Shown: positions 30,723 through 39,794 of the stretch, one piece after another | How positions within the stretch are numbered: position 1 is the first letter of the stretch | Layout of the letters: every line of letters starts with the position of its first letter | NCBI GenBank assembly: GCA_934141575.1 | Contig: CAKPCJ010000002.1 | Coordinates: 3,899 to 67,898, forward strand | DNA length: 64,000 nt | Direction of reading: 5' to 3' | Source of the DNA: an uncultured Bacilli bacterium | GTDB lineage: Bacteria > Bacillota_I > Bacilli_A > RF39 > UBA660 | The notes under the pieces: model-generated | Seen by the model: only the letters and a program-made list of their open reading frames with translations | What the model was told of the DNA's origin: nothing | The model's database searches: none | Made by a program: the position numbers and the translations under genes

Positions 30723-30959
30723 TTAAATTATTAACTTTAGTGCCTTCCCATTAATTATTTTTTTATTCTCAAAATACATTTTTTTTGCTAGATAATACTG
30801 CTGTTCATCTAGGTAAGTATCCACACCAAATTTTGTTTTATCAGTTCTTACAAAGTCAAATTTTTCCATTATCATCCAAGAATCTTGATTTACAATTGCT
30901 TCCTCTGTTTTAATCTCATCGATTCCGCATTCGTTTCTATTTCTTTCTATGGTACGCAA
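30723..30959 (-). CDS. Small hypothetical protein
   Basis: 78 aa ORF overlapping the comEC stop by 13 nt; no motifs. Confidence 0.3.
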   Translation of the reverse strand: MRTIERNRNECGIDEIKTEEAIVNQDSWMIMEKFDFVRTDKTKFGVDTYLDEQQYYLAKKMYFENKKIINGKALKLII

Positions 30960-33028
30960 GTTTCAATTTCTATTTTATTATTTTTAATTTTGAACACAAC
31001 ACTACCATGCTTGTCTGTTCTAAATATTGTTGAATCCTCTAAACTATTTAAAACTTCTTTATTTGGATGACCATATCTATTATTTTTACCAACACTAATA
31101 ATGGAATAATTTGGACTTATTTCATTAATAAACTCCTTACTACTACTTGTTTTACTTCCGTGATGTCCTATCTTTAATACATCTATATTATTTAGATTGT
31201 ATTTATTTAGAATATCTTTCTCTTTATCTATTCCTGCATCACCCATAAAAAGAAATTTATAATTATTATAATTAAAATAAATTACATTAGAATTATCATT
31301 TTCATTATCATACTCTTTTGTATTTAAAAACTCTAATTTATAATTGTCAATAGTTATCTCTTTAATGCATGAATAATATTTTATCTTCTTTTTATCTAAT
31401 ATTTTAATTAGTTCTTTTTCTAAGTCGTTATACTCTCCACAATTAAATATCACTTTCCCTACTTTAAAATTATTAACTAAGTTAATAGCTTCTCCCATAT
31501 GATCATAATCACCATGCGAAATTATTAAATAATCCAAATTTTTAATTCCCAATCTATTCAAAGATGGAATAATTAATTGGGTAGCTAAACTGTAATTACT
31601 ACAACCAAGTTCACTATCACAATAATTTATCTTTCCACCTGTATCTATAAGTATATTTAAAGAATTATGTGGAAAACTTATAAGTGCAGAATCTCCTTGG
31701 CCTACATCAAAATAATATACACAATATTTATTATTAAAATAAATGATATTATAATGAATTATTAAAATAGAAATGAATAAAAATATAAACTTTTTATTCT
31801 TATAAAATAAAAGTAAAAGTACATAATATAAAATTATAATCATAATGTTAGGTTTAGCAAAACTTAATCTAAATAAAGAAAATGAATTAATAAAATTCGT
31901 CATAAACGAAAATATATTAAATAACGCATATAACAAAAAATCAAATACCGGAAAAACAAATGTAATAATACACAAAGGAAATAGTATATAAGATACAAAT
32001 GGAACAAATAATACGTTAGCAAATATACTTATAAGATTTATTTCACCAAAATAATATACCATTATTGGAATTGTTGATATGTATGAAATAAAAGATACCA
32101 AAAACAAACTTTTAATTTTATTTTTACTAGCAATAAACTTTGAAAATAATACTAAGAAAAAACACACAATTATTGAAATTTGCAATCCCATATTGTATAA
32201 ATTCATTGGATTAATTATTAATAAAATTATATAAACAATTACAACAATCTCTATATTAGAAAATAGATTCTTTTTCTTATTAAATCTCAAAAATAACGCA
32301 AAAAGGCACGCTCTCAAGGCAGTAACTGAAAAATTTATAAGAAATAAATAAAATAACATAAACAATACTATAAATATATTTTTAAAAATTTTATTAGTTT
32401 TATTTAAAAATTTAGAAAGTAATAATATGATAAGGCTTATATGCATACCAGATATAGAAAATAAATGCGCTATTCCAATTTTTCTATAGCTATTCATATC
32501 GTTATCCAATATATATGAAGCATCACCTAATATAAATGAAAATATATAACTACTAGAATACTTAAACGAATTTATTCTATTAACAACTTTTTGTTTTAAT
32601 AAATATAGTATATTCGTATTATTCTTTATTTTTTTGAATGACTGCATTTTAAATATATAATATATACCGTTATTTTTTAAATATTTTCTATAATTAAACA
32701 TATTAAAGTTTGTGCTATCAGATGGAATAGAAAATTTACCATAAATTTCTAAATAATCCCCTAATTTTATCTCATTAAACATATTATTTTTTTCTAGGTT
32801 TGTATTTATATAATAATTAACTAATACTTTTTCCTTAGCTCTTAAATTTATTGTAAGTTTTGAATTATCCAAACTAATTTTTGTAACATAACCTCTTATT
32901 ACCTCTTCATTACCCTTATATAATGATGTACTAAAAAAAATATTATTCATGATAATGCTTATTAATAAAACACCTAATAAAACCAAAAAAACTATTATCT
33001 TAAATAGAAATATATTCCTTAATTGCAT
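30947..33028 (-). CDS. comEC: DNA internalization competence protein ComEC/Rec2
   Basis: 693 aa polytopic membrane protein with an N-terminal OB/DUF4131-like region. The C-terminal metallo-beta-lactamase domain has LIISHGDYDHMG and DAG...GHHGSKTSS. Confidence 0.9.
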   Translation of the reverse strand: MQLRNIFLFKIIVFLVLLGVLLISIIMNNIFFSTSLYKGNEEVIRGYVTKISLDNSKLTINLRAKEKVLVNYYINTNLEKNNMFNEIKLGDYLEIYGKFSIPSDSTNFNMFNYRKYLKNNGIYYIFKMQSFKKIKNNTNILYLLKQKVVNRINSFKYSSSYIFSFILGDASYILDNDMNSYRKIGIAHLFSISGMHISLIILLLSKFLNKTNKIFKNIFIVLFMLFYLFLINFSVTALRACLFALFLRFNKKKNLFSNIEIVVIVYIILLIINPMNLYNMGLQISIIVCFFLVLFSKFIASKNKIKSLFLVSFISYISTIPIMVYYFGEINLISIFANVLFVPFVSYILFPLCIITFVFPVFDFLLYALFNIFSFMTNFINSFSLFRLSFAKPNIMIIILYYVLLLLFYKNKKFIFLFISILIIHYNIIYFNNKYCVYYFDVGQGDSALISFPHNSLNILIDTGGKINYCDSELGCSNYSLATQLIIPSLNRLGIKNLDYLIISHGDYDHMGEAINLVNNFKVGKVIFNCGEYNDLEKELIKILDKKKIKYYSCIKEITIDNYKLEFLNTKEYDNENDNSNVIYFNYNNYKFLFMGDAGIDKEKDILNKYNLNNIDVLKIGHHGSKTSSSKEFINEISPNYSIISVGKNNRYGHPNKEVLNSLEDSTIFRTDKHGSVVFKIKNNKIEIETCVP

Positions 33029-33641
33029 TAAATAAAGATTCCCCTATTCCCTTTACATTCATAATATCTTCTATTTTTTCAAATTGTTTTGAGTTTCTAT
33101 ATTCAATTATAGACTTTGCTTTGGATTCTCCTATACCAGGAATTGTTATAAGTTCTTCCAAAGTAGCTTTATTTAATGAAACTAAATTATTATCTGTTAC
33201 GTCTTTTAAACAAGCATCATTTACAACCTTTGGACATTCACATTTTTCTTCAACCACAACGATATTTTTTTCTTTAAACTGATTTATTTCATCGTTAGTA
33301 TAAATTATTATGCTCATTTCATCAGATATTTTCTTACTCAAATTTATATATCTAGTATTTGCAGAATCGGTAAACCCACCTGCAATAGAAACAACATCAA
33401 TTACTCTAGAATTTGACTTCATCTTATAAACTCCAGGATTTACAACCGCACCTTTTATTTCAACTGTATATGTATCCTCTACAATTGTAATATTATTTGA
33501 AGCTACATCTTCAACTTCAACTTTATCATTAACCTCAGCATTATTAGAGCTAAAATAGTATACTCCTGCAAATAAACAAAGTGATAATAAAACACAAGAA
33601 ATTAATATAATCTTATTTTTATATAATTTTAAATATTTCAT
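33000..33641 (-). CDS. comEA: Competence protein ComEA (SLBB + helix-hairpin-helix DNA-binding)
   Basis: 213 aa. N-terminal TM helix, SLBB domain (VEIKGAVVNPGVYKM...VIDVVSIAGGF) and tandem HhH (LNKATLEELITIPGIGESKAKSIIEYR...IMNVKGIGESLFNAIKEY). Confidence 0.85.
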   Translation of the reverse strand: MKYLKLYKNKIILISCVLLSLCLFAGVYYFSSNNAEVNDKVEVEDVASNNITIVEDTYTVEIKGAVVNPGVYKMKSNSRVIDVVSIAGGFTDSANTRYINLSKKISDEMSIIIYTNDEINQFKEKNIVVVEEKCECPKVVNDACLKDVTDNNLVSLNKATLEELITIPGIGESKAKSIIEYRNSKQFEKIEDIMNVKGIGESLFNAIKEYISI

Positions 33642-33672
33642 AAAAAAATAACCTCCTCAAAGAGATTATTCT

Positions 33673-34872
33673 TTATACATTTCCATTTTCCTTCCTTAAT
33701 ATTTTTCTTTTTGCATCATAGTTTTCTATACATACTCTTTGTACAAGTGATAACGCAATAACCAAAGTAAGAGCCGAACTACCACCATAACTTAAAAATG
33801 GTAATGGAACACCTGTCATTGGAAAAAGTCCAAATACTCCACCAAGATTTACTACAATATGTGAAAAAATATAGATAGCTACGCCATACGCTATTACAGA
33901 ATTTCTCAAATTAGAAGCATTTCTAGCAATCTTTAAAATTCTATACAAAATTAAAATATAAATTGCCATTACTATTAAAAATGCAATACACCCTAGTTCT
34001 TCAACAACTATAACCATAATAAAATCATTATGAGGTTCAGGAAGATATAAATATTTTTGTGTGCTTTTTCCAAATCCACTTCCAAATACCCCACCATTAT
34101 TCATAGCAATAAAACCATTGCATAATTGATAACCAGTTGATTCAGTGTATCTACTGCAAGGATCCTTAAAGTTTAGACGATCTAACTGAGTTTGTGAAAG
34201 AATTTTATCTTTTAAATTAAATCCAAATAATAAAATAACACCTATTGCTATTATGGCACACGCTATACCACTTATCACTATTTTTTTAAACCTATCAATA
34301 GGTAATGCAATAAAAACCATAGCAACTATACTAGCAATTATAATAGCAGTTCCTAAATCTGGTTGTAAAAATACCAAGCCAAAAACCAAAATTGCTATAA
34401 AAATAGGAACTAAAACTGCAATCCAACTTTCCTTGCACTTTAATCTATATTTTTCATAATAAGCACCAAAAAACATTATAAGAACAACTTTAGCAAATTC
34501 ACTAGGCTGTATAGAATAAAAACCTAAATCTATCCAACTTTTAGCACCCCTTGTAGAATCTCCAAATACAGGCAAGTATGTTAATGTTAAAAGTAATAAT
34601 CCACCTACTACAACAGAAATAAAATAATAATATCTACTAGGAATCTTTATAAGCAAAATAAAAATAAAAAACGATATAAACAGTGTAACAGCTTGCTTAG
34701 TAAGATATGAAAAAGGATTTTTTCCTTTCATTGATAAACTTACGTTTGAAGCTGAGAATATCATTAAAAGTCCAAAAATGAATAAAATAACTGTAAATAT
34801 TAAAATAATTTTATCTATCTTCTTAAAATCTTCCTTTAATTTAAGAGATTTCATTTTTGCCATTGTACTCAA
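33673..34872 (-). CDS. SEDS family peptidoglycan glycosyltransferase (FtsW/RodA/SpoVE)
   Basis: 399 aa. 10-TM SEDS pattern, including PSEFAKV, the large extracytoplasmic loop and the C-terminal GGSS motif. Confidence 0.9.
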   Translation of the reverse strand: MSTMAKMKSLKLKEDFKKIDKIILIFTVILFIFGLLMIFSASNVSLSMKGKNPFSYLTKQAVTLFISFFIFILLIKIPSRYYYFISVVVGGLLLLTLTYLPVFGDSTRGAKSWIDLGFYSIQPSEFAKVVLIMFFGAYYEKYRLKCKESWIAVLVPIFIAILVFGLVFLQPDLGTAIIIASIVAMVFIALPIDRFKKIVISGIACAIIAIGVILLFGFNLKDKILSQTQLDRLNFKDPCSRYTESTGYQLCNGFIAMNNGGVFGSGFGKSTQKYLYLPEPHNDFIMVIVVEELGCIAFLIVMAIYILILYRILKIARNASNLRNSVIAYGVAIYIFSHIVVNLGGVFGLFPMTGVPLPFLSYGGSSALTLVIALSLVQRVCIENYDAKRKILRKENGNV

Positions 34873-34988
34873 ATCCTCTCTTATACTATAATACCATAAA
34901 TATTACAACTTTTTTTAATTTAATAGACTTTTGCAATGTCAAAACGTAAAGTACTTTAATATATTATAAATGAAAAGGAGGTAGAAAT

Positions 34989-35174
34989 ATGTACTCTTAT
35001 GGTTATACTGGAGGATACGGATACAACAGCGGATGTTGCCAACAAAATCCTTGCTGTGGTGGAGGATACTCTTATCCTAGCTATGGATACGGTTACGGTT
35101 GGGGAAGCGGAGCTGCTATTATAATAGTATTATTTATTCTATTAGTAATTGTTATCGGAGCTAGAATAGCTTAA
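34989..35174 (+). CDS. Gly/Tyr/Cys-rich small membrane protein, YjcZ-family-like
   Basis: 61 aa. YGYTGGYGYNSGCCQQNPCCGGGYSYPSYGYGYGWG followed by a hydrophobic C-terminal helix AAIIIVLFILLVIVIG. Matches the architecture of Bacillus YjcZ-family sporulation proteins. Confidence 0.5.
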   Translation: MYSYGYTGGYGYNSGCCQQNPCCGGGYSYPSYGYGYGWGSGAAIIIVLFILLVIVIGARIA

Positions 35175-35182
35175 TAACATCG

Positions 35183-35206
35183 GAGAGTTTAAAAACTCTC
35201 CTTTTA
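35183..35206 (+). terminator. Rho-independent terminator after the YjcZ-like gene
   Basis: ggagagttt-aaaa-actctcc hairpin followed by TTTTAT. Confidence 0.55.
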
Positions 35207-35208
35207 TA

Positions 35209-35238
35209 TTGGAATTTTACATAAAACAGTGATATAAT
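35209..35238 (+). promoter_or_regulatory. Putative sigma-A promoter of def
   Basis: TTGGAA - 18 nt - TATAAT (TGaTATAAT, extended -10-like) about 25 nt upstream of the def RBS AGAGGTG. Confidence 0.4.
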
Positions 35239-35264
35239 ATACATTATTCAAGAGGTGTTGTAAA

Positions 35265-35822
35265 ATGTTAAGAACAAAAGATATATTAGATGAAAAAGAT
35301 AAAAGATTAAGAAAAATATCTACTGATGTAACTTTTCCAATAAAACAAGAATATAAAGATATGATTAATAATATGATTGAATACTTAAGAAATAGTCAAA
35401 TAGACGAATTAGCTCAAAAATATGATTTAAGACCAGGAATGGGAATGGCTGCCCCACAATTAGGAATAAATAAAAGATTCTTTGTTGTTGTTGCCGAAAA
35501 AGAAGTAGATGGAAAACAAGATTTTGATACATATATAATATTTAACCCAGTGATAACTAGCCACTCTGAAGAATTAATATATGCTGGAGAAGGCGAAGGA
35601 TGTCTTTCAATAAATAGGGAAACTGAAGGAATAGTTCCTAGATATGCAAGAACAACTATCGAAGGATATGACATGGACGGAAATAAAATAAAATATAGAG
35701 GTAGAGAGGAAATTTCAATAGCCTTTCAACACGAAATAGATCACTTGGATGGAATTTTATTTATAGATAAGATTGATAAGAAAAATCCATTTAAGGATGC
35801 TGATAAAATGAGAGAAATATAA
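35265..35822 (+). CDS. def: Peptide deformylase
   Basis: 185 aa with the three PDF motifs GMGMAAPQLG, EGCLS and HEIDHLDG. Confidence 0.9.
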   Translation: MLRTKDILDEKDKRLRKISTDVTFPIKQEYKDMINNMIEYLRNSQIDELAQKYDLRPGMGMAAPQLGINKRFFVVVAEKEVDGKQDFDTYIIFNPVITSHSEELIYAGEGEGCLSINRETEGIVPRYARTTIEGYDMDGNKIKYRGREEISIAFQHEIDHLDGILFIDKIDKKNPFKDADKMREI

Positions 35823-35844
35823 TTGTTATATTTCTTTTTTTATG

Positions 35845-35869
35845 TCAAAAAAGCCTAGTTTACTAGGCC
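35845..35869 (-). terminator. Putative terminator at the smc stop (minus strand)
   Basis: gcctagt-tt-actaggc hairpin followed on the minus strand by TTTTTT; it overlaps the smc stop codon. Confidence 0.35.
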
Positions 35870-38805
35870 TTAACATCTTCTAACTTAACACTAACAAGTT
35901 TACTAACACCAGATTCTTGCATTGTTATTCCATATAAACAATCAGCATACTCCATTGTTTTCTTCTTATGCGTTATAACTATAAACTGAGTTTTATTTCT
36001 AAATATTGATAAGTATCTACCAAAATTATCAACATTAACTTCATCAAGAGCAGCCTCTACTTCATCAAGTATACAAAATGGAACAGGTCTTACTCTTAAG
36101 ATAGCAAACAACAATGAAATAGCAGTAAGGGTTTTTTCACCACCAGAAAGTAATGAAATAGATTTCAAATTCTTACCAGCAGGACAAGCACTAATCTCAA
36201 TACCAGTTTCTAATATATTAGTTTCATCACTTAATTTAAGATTAGCATCTCCCCCATTAAACAATTGCCTAAACACAAGTTTAAATTCTTCATTTATTTC
36301 TTTAAATGTAGTAGTAAATTTTTCATTCATTATATTGTCCATTTCATCAATAATTTCTAATAATACATTTTCTGCATTTACTAAATCATCTCGTTGTTTA
36401 TTTAAAAATTCATATCTTTCACTGACTCTCTCAAATTCTTCAATTGAACCAGTATTAACCTCACCTATATTATTTATTATATTTCTAAGAGACGCTACTT
36501 GTTTCTTTGCTTCTTTTACATCAATCTCTAACTTATAATTTTCTTTTGCTTTATCAAATGTCATGCTATATTCCTCAGTTAAAGTGTTAAGCAAATTGTC
36601 AAGTTTTACATCTAATCTATTAACATTTATCTCCAAATTATGGGATTCTTCATTTATTTTTACCAATTTACTATTGTTCAATTTAATATTGCTTTCTATA
36701 TCAAGTATATTATCATTTAGCATTTCTTTATTTTTGTTAAATGACTCTAACCTAGACATTAGTTCTATTTTTTCTTGCTCTTTAGACTTCAATAGTTCTA
36801 TTATTTTTATTTCTTCATTCTCCATTGTATTATTAGCTAAACTATTAAAACTCGAAATTTCCTTTTTAATAGACTCAAGCTTTGATTTCTCATTATTTAA
36901 TAAACTAGATTTATATTTAACTTCTTCATTTAATCTCGCAATGTCAAGAATAATATCGTTTATAGAATTTGATAAAGATTGTTGTGTTTTGTTAAATTCA
37001 TCTAGCTCTTTATTACTCTTTTCTAATTTTTCTTCAAAGGTAAAAATATTTCTCTTAAGTTCATCTATTTCATATTTTTCACTATTCATTGTTGATTTCT
37101 TTACACTACCACCTGTAATAGAACCACCAACATTTACAACTTCGCCATCTTTTGTGACTATTCTATACTTTTTATCAACCATAGAACTAATCCTATTGGC
37201 AGTATCAATATCATTAACAACTATTACATTTCCTAATAAGTTTAATATAATATTTCTATACTTAGAATCACAAGTAACTAAATCTGATGCTAATCCTATA
37301 TAATTACTATCATTTTTAATCTTTTCTTTACTATTAACATCAATAAATTTAGGCATTATAACTTCTATTGGATAAAAAGTTGCTCTTCCTAAATTATTAT
37401 TCTTTAAATAATTAACCCCATCCTTAGCATCTTCTTTTGTATCAACAACAATTACATTTTGATTAGCACCAAGGGCAATATCAAGAGCAATATCAAAACC
37501 TTCCTTAACATCAATCAAACTAGAAACAACACCATGAGTTCTAATTTTAGGATTATTTATAACAGACTTTACACTTCTTGGCAAATTATTGCCATTTTCA
37601 AGTTCAGTTTCTAGTAAAGAAATTCTTTTTTTGCTAGAAAATATTTTTTCTTCATAACTCTCTATATCAGAAGTTAAACTATGCCTTTTGACGTTTAAAT
37701 CTTTTAACTGAGCCCCTAAAGAATTATTTTTCTTAACTGTATCTTCCAAATAAGATTTTTTTAACTCGAGTTCACTATTCATCTTATTAACACTTGTTTC
37801 AAGTTCAAGTTGTTGCTCACTTAAAGAAACTAATTTCTTAGATATTTCATCACTATTACTATCATTTTTAATTCTTTCCCTAGCAAGATTTTTCTCACCA
37901 TTTAATCTTTCAACTTCCGCAGTAGCAGACATCAAAAAGCTCTGAGTTTGATTTATTTTAGACTCCACTTCCTGAAGCAATACTTTTTCGCTTTCTAATG
38001 TAGCTTCTAAATTGCTGACTGTAGTAGACAAATCAATACTCTCTTTACCAAGTTCTTCTATTCTATTTTTTGAAGTTTGATATTCATAATTAAATTGTTC
38101 TATATCATTTGCAATAACTGATATTTCTATTTGCTCTAACTCTCTTTTTTTAGTTAAATAAAGCAAAGCTTTTTCACTTTGAATTTTAAGTGGTTCAAGA
38201 TTTGATTCTATTTCACCTAATATGTCATTAACACGAGTCATATTATCATGTGTCCTACCAAGTTTTTTAATTGCTTCTTCTTTTCTTTTCTTATATTTCA
38301 ATACCCCGGCAGCCTCTTCAAAAATAACTCTTCTATCCTCTGGTTTATCACTCAATATTTTAGTTATTTCACCCTGAGAAATAATATTAAAAGCTTCTTT
38401 ACTAGAACCACTATCTATAAATAAATCTGTAATATCTTTTAATCTACATTTCTCACCATTTAAATAGTATTCGTTTTCACCACTTCTAAATATTCTCCTT
38501 TTTATAGAAACTTCAGAATAATCTATTGGCAAATGCCTATCAGTATTATCAAACACTAATGTTACACTAGCATGATTTTGGCTATTTCTAGATTTGCTGC
38601 CTGAAAATATAACATCACTCATTAAACCTTCACCACGTAAAGACTTAATAGATTGTTCACCAAGTACCCATCTAACTGCATCTACAACATTACTTTTACC
38701 ACTACCATTTGGTCCAACTATACCATTTATTCCAGAACTAAGTTCCAAAGAAATTTTATCTGCAAAAGATTTAAAACCAACCGCTCGTATTTCTTTTAAA
38801 TACAT
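35863..38805 (-). CDS. smc: Chromosome segregation protein SMC (short form)
   Basis: 980 aa. N-terminal Walker A GPNGSGKSN, long coiled coils, the hinge (about aa 420-540), and the C-terminal signature LSGGEKTLTAISLLFA with Walker B FCILDEVEAALD. Immediately downstream of rnc, as is conserved. Confidence 0.9.
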   Translation of the reverse strand: MYLKEIRAVGFKSFADKISLELSSGINGIVGPNGSGKSNVVDAVRWVLGEQSIKSLRGEGLMSDVIFSGSKSRNSQNHASVTLVFDNTDRHLPIDYSEVSIKRRIFRSGENEYYLNGEKCRLKDITDLFIDSGSSKEAFNIISQGEITKILSDKPEDRRVIFEEAAGVLKYKKRKEEAIKKLGRTHDNMTRVNDILGEIESNLEPLKIQSEKALLYLTKKRELEQIEISVIANDIEQFNYEYQTSKNRIEELGKESIDLSTTVSNLEATLESEKVLLQEVESKINQTQSFLMSATAEVERLNGEKNLARERIKNDSNSDEISKKLVSLSEQQLELETSVNKMNSELELKKSYLEDTVKKNNSLGAQLKDLNVKRHSLTSDIESYEEKIFSSKKRISLLETELENGNNLPRSVKSVINNPKIRTHGVVSSLIDVKEGFDIALDIALGANQNVIVVDTKEDAKDGVNYLKNNNLGRATFYPIEVIMPKFIDVNSKEKIKNDSNYIGLASDLVTCDSKYRNIILNLLGNVIVVNDIDTANRISSMVDKKYRIVTKDGEVVNVGGSITGGSVKKSTMNSEKYEIDELKRNIFTFEEKLEKSNKELDEFNKTQQSLSNSINDIILDIARLNEEVKYKSSLLNNEKSKLESIKKEISSFNSLANNTMENEEIKIIELLKSKEQEKIELMSRLESFNKNKEMLNDNILDIESNIKLNNSKLVKINEESHNLEINVNRLDVKLDNLLNTLTEEYSMTFDKAKENYKLEIDVKEAKKQVASLRNIINNIGEVNTGSIEEFERVSERYEFLNKQRDDLVNAENVLLEIIDEMDNIMNEKFTTTFKEINEEFKLVFRQLFNGGDANLKLSDETNILETGIEISACPAGKNLKSISLLSGGEKTLTAISLLFAILRVRPVPFCILDEVEAALDEVNVDNFGRYLSIFRNKTQFIVITHKKKTMEYADCLYGITMQESGVSKLVSVKLEDVKA

Positions 38806-38820
38806 CTAAACCACCACTCT

Positions 38821-39495
38821 TTAAATTTTTACATATTTAGCAAGAGCGTCTTTAGCAGCAAGCTGCTCTGCTTCCTTTTTAGTGCCTGCTACACCGTGCC
38901 CAAAAACAATACCGTCAATTAATAAATCATATTCAAATACTTTATTATGAGCTGGTCCTTCTTCTTTAACAAGTTTATATTCTAATATATTATGAGTAGT
39001 TTGAATAGTTTCTTGAAGTATTGATTTGTAATCTTTAAAAAAGTCAGCATCACTATCTAAAAATGGAACAACAATATCTAATACAAATTTTTTCGCCCTA
39101 TCAAACCCTTGATCCAAATATATAGCTGCAACAAATGATTCAAATATATCAGCTACTATTGCTTTTTTATGTTTTCCACCTGTTTCAAGTTCACCCTTAC
39201 CAAGCATTAAATACTCACCTAATCCAAGTTTATTTGAATACTCAAAAAGAGCATTTTCACATACAAAGCTTGCACGTAATTTAGTCATTTGTCCTTCCTG
39301 TAAATGCTTAGCATTATACAAATAATCAGACACTATTAAATCTAACAAAGCATCTCCTAAAAATTCAAGTCTCTCATAATCTTCCTTAACATGTCCTTCA
39401 TTTTTATATGAAGAATGTACAAATGCCTGTTTATAAATTTCAATATCGTTAGGTACTATATTTAAATCATCTAATATTTTCATTTTCTTCACCAA
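38821..39495 (-). CDS. rnc: Ribonuclease III
   Basis: 224 aa. RNase III signature ERLEFLGDALLDL and a C-terminal dsRBD. Confidence 0.9.
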   Translation of the reverse strand: MVKKMKILDDLNIVPNDIEIYKQAFVHSSYKNEGHVKEDYERLEFLGDALLDLIVSDYLYNAKHLQEGQMTKLRASFVCENALFEYSNKLGLGEYLMLGKGELETGGKHKKAIVADIFESFVAAIYLDQGFDRAKKFVLDIVVPFLDSDADFFKDYKSILQETIQTTHNILEYKLVKEEGPAHNKVFEYDLLIDGIVFGHGVAGTKKEAEQLAAKDALAKYVKI

Positions 39496-39574
39496 GATAA
39501 TTATACATTAATTTAGTAAACATGTAAATTTACTTTTATTAAAAATTATTGTATTATATATTATAGGTGGTTAA

Positions 39575-39793
39575 ATGAAATACTTCTGTTTAGGACTGAT
39601 AAAGTTATACCAACTTATACCAGGGCCATGGCACAATTACTGTAGGCACATACCAAGTTGCTCTAACTATGCGCTTGACGCTATTAAAGAATATGGTTTA
39701 ATAACTGGTGGTTTTATGAGTATAAAAAGAATACTTCGTTGTAATCCATTTAATTGTTGCGGAATTGATCCAGTAAAGAAGAAAGAGGGATAA
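39575..39793 (+). CDS. yidD: Membrane protein insertion efficiency factor YidD
   Basis: 72 aa; YQ..S....C(R/K)..PSCS.Y pattern (CRHIPSCSNYALDAIKEYG). Confidence 0.85.
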   Translation: MKYFCLGLIKLYQLIPGPWHNYCRHIPSCSNYALDAIKEYGLITGGFMSIKRILRCNPFNCCGIDPVKKKEG

Positions 39794-39794
39794 A

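Noticed and set aside
36563-37303. 246-aa plus-strand ORF (S/L/F-rich) inside smc
   Set aside because: It lies antisense to the AT-rich coiled-coil coding region of smc. Its composition is low-complexity, as expected from reverse-reading Lys/Glu-rich codons, and it has no RBS or domain. Treated as a spurious ORF.
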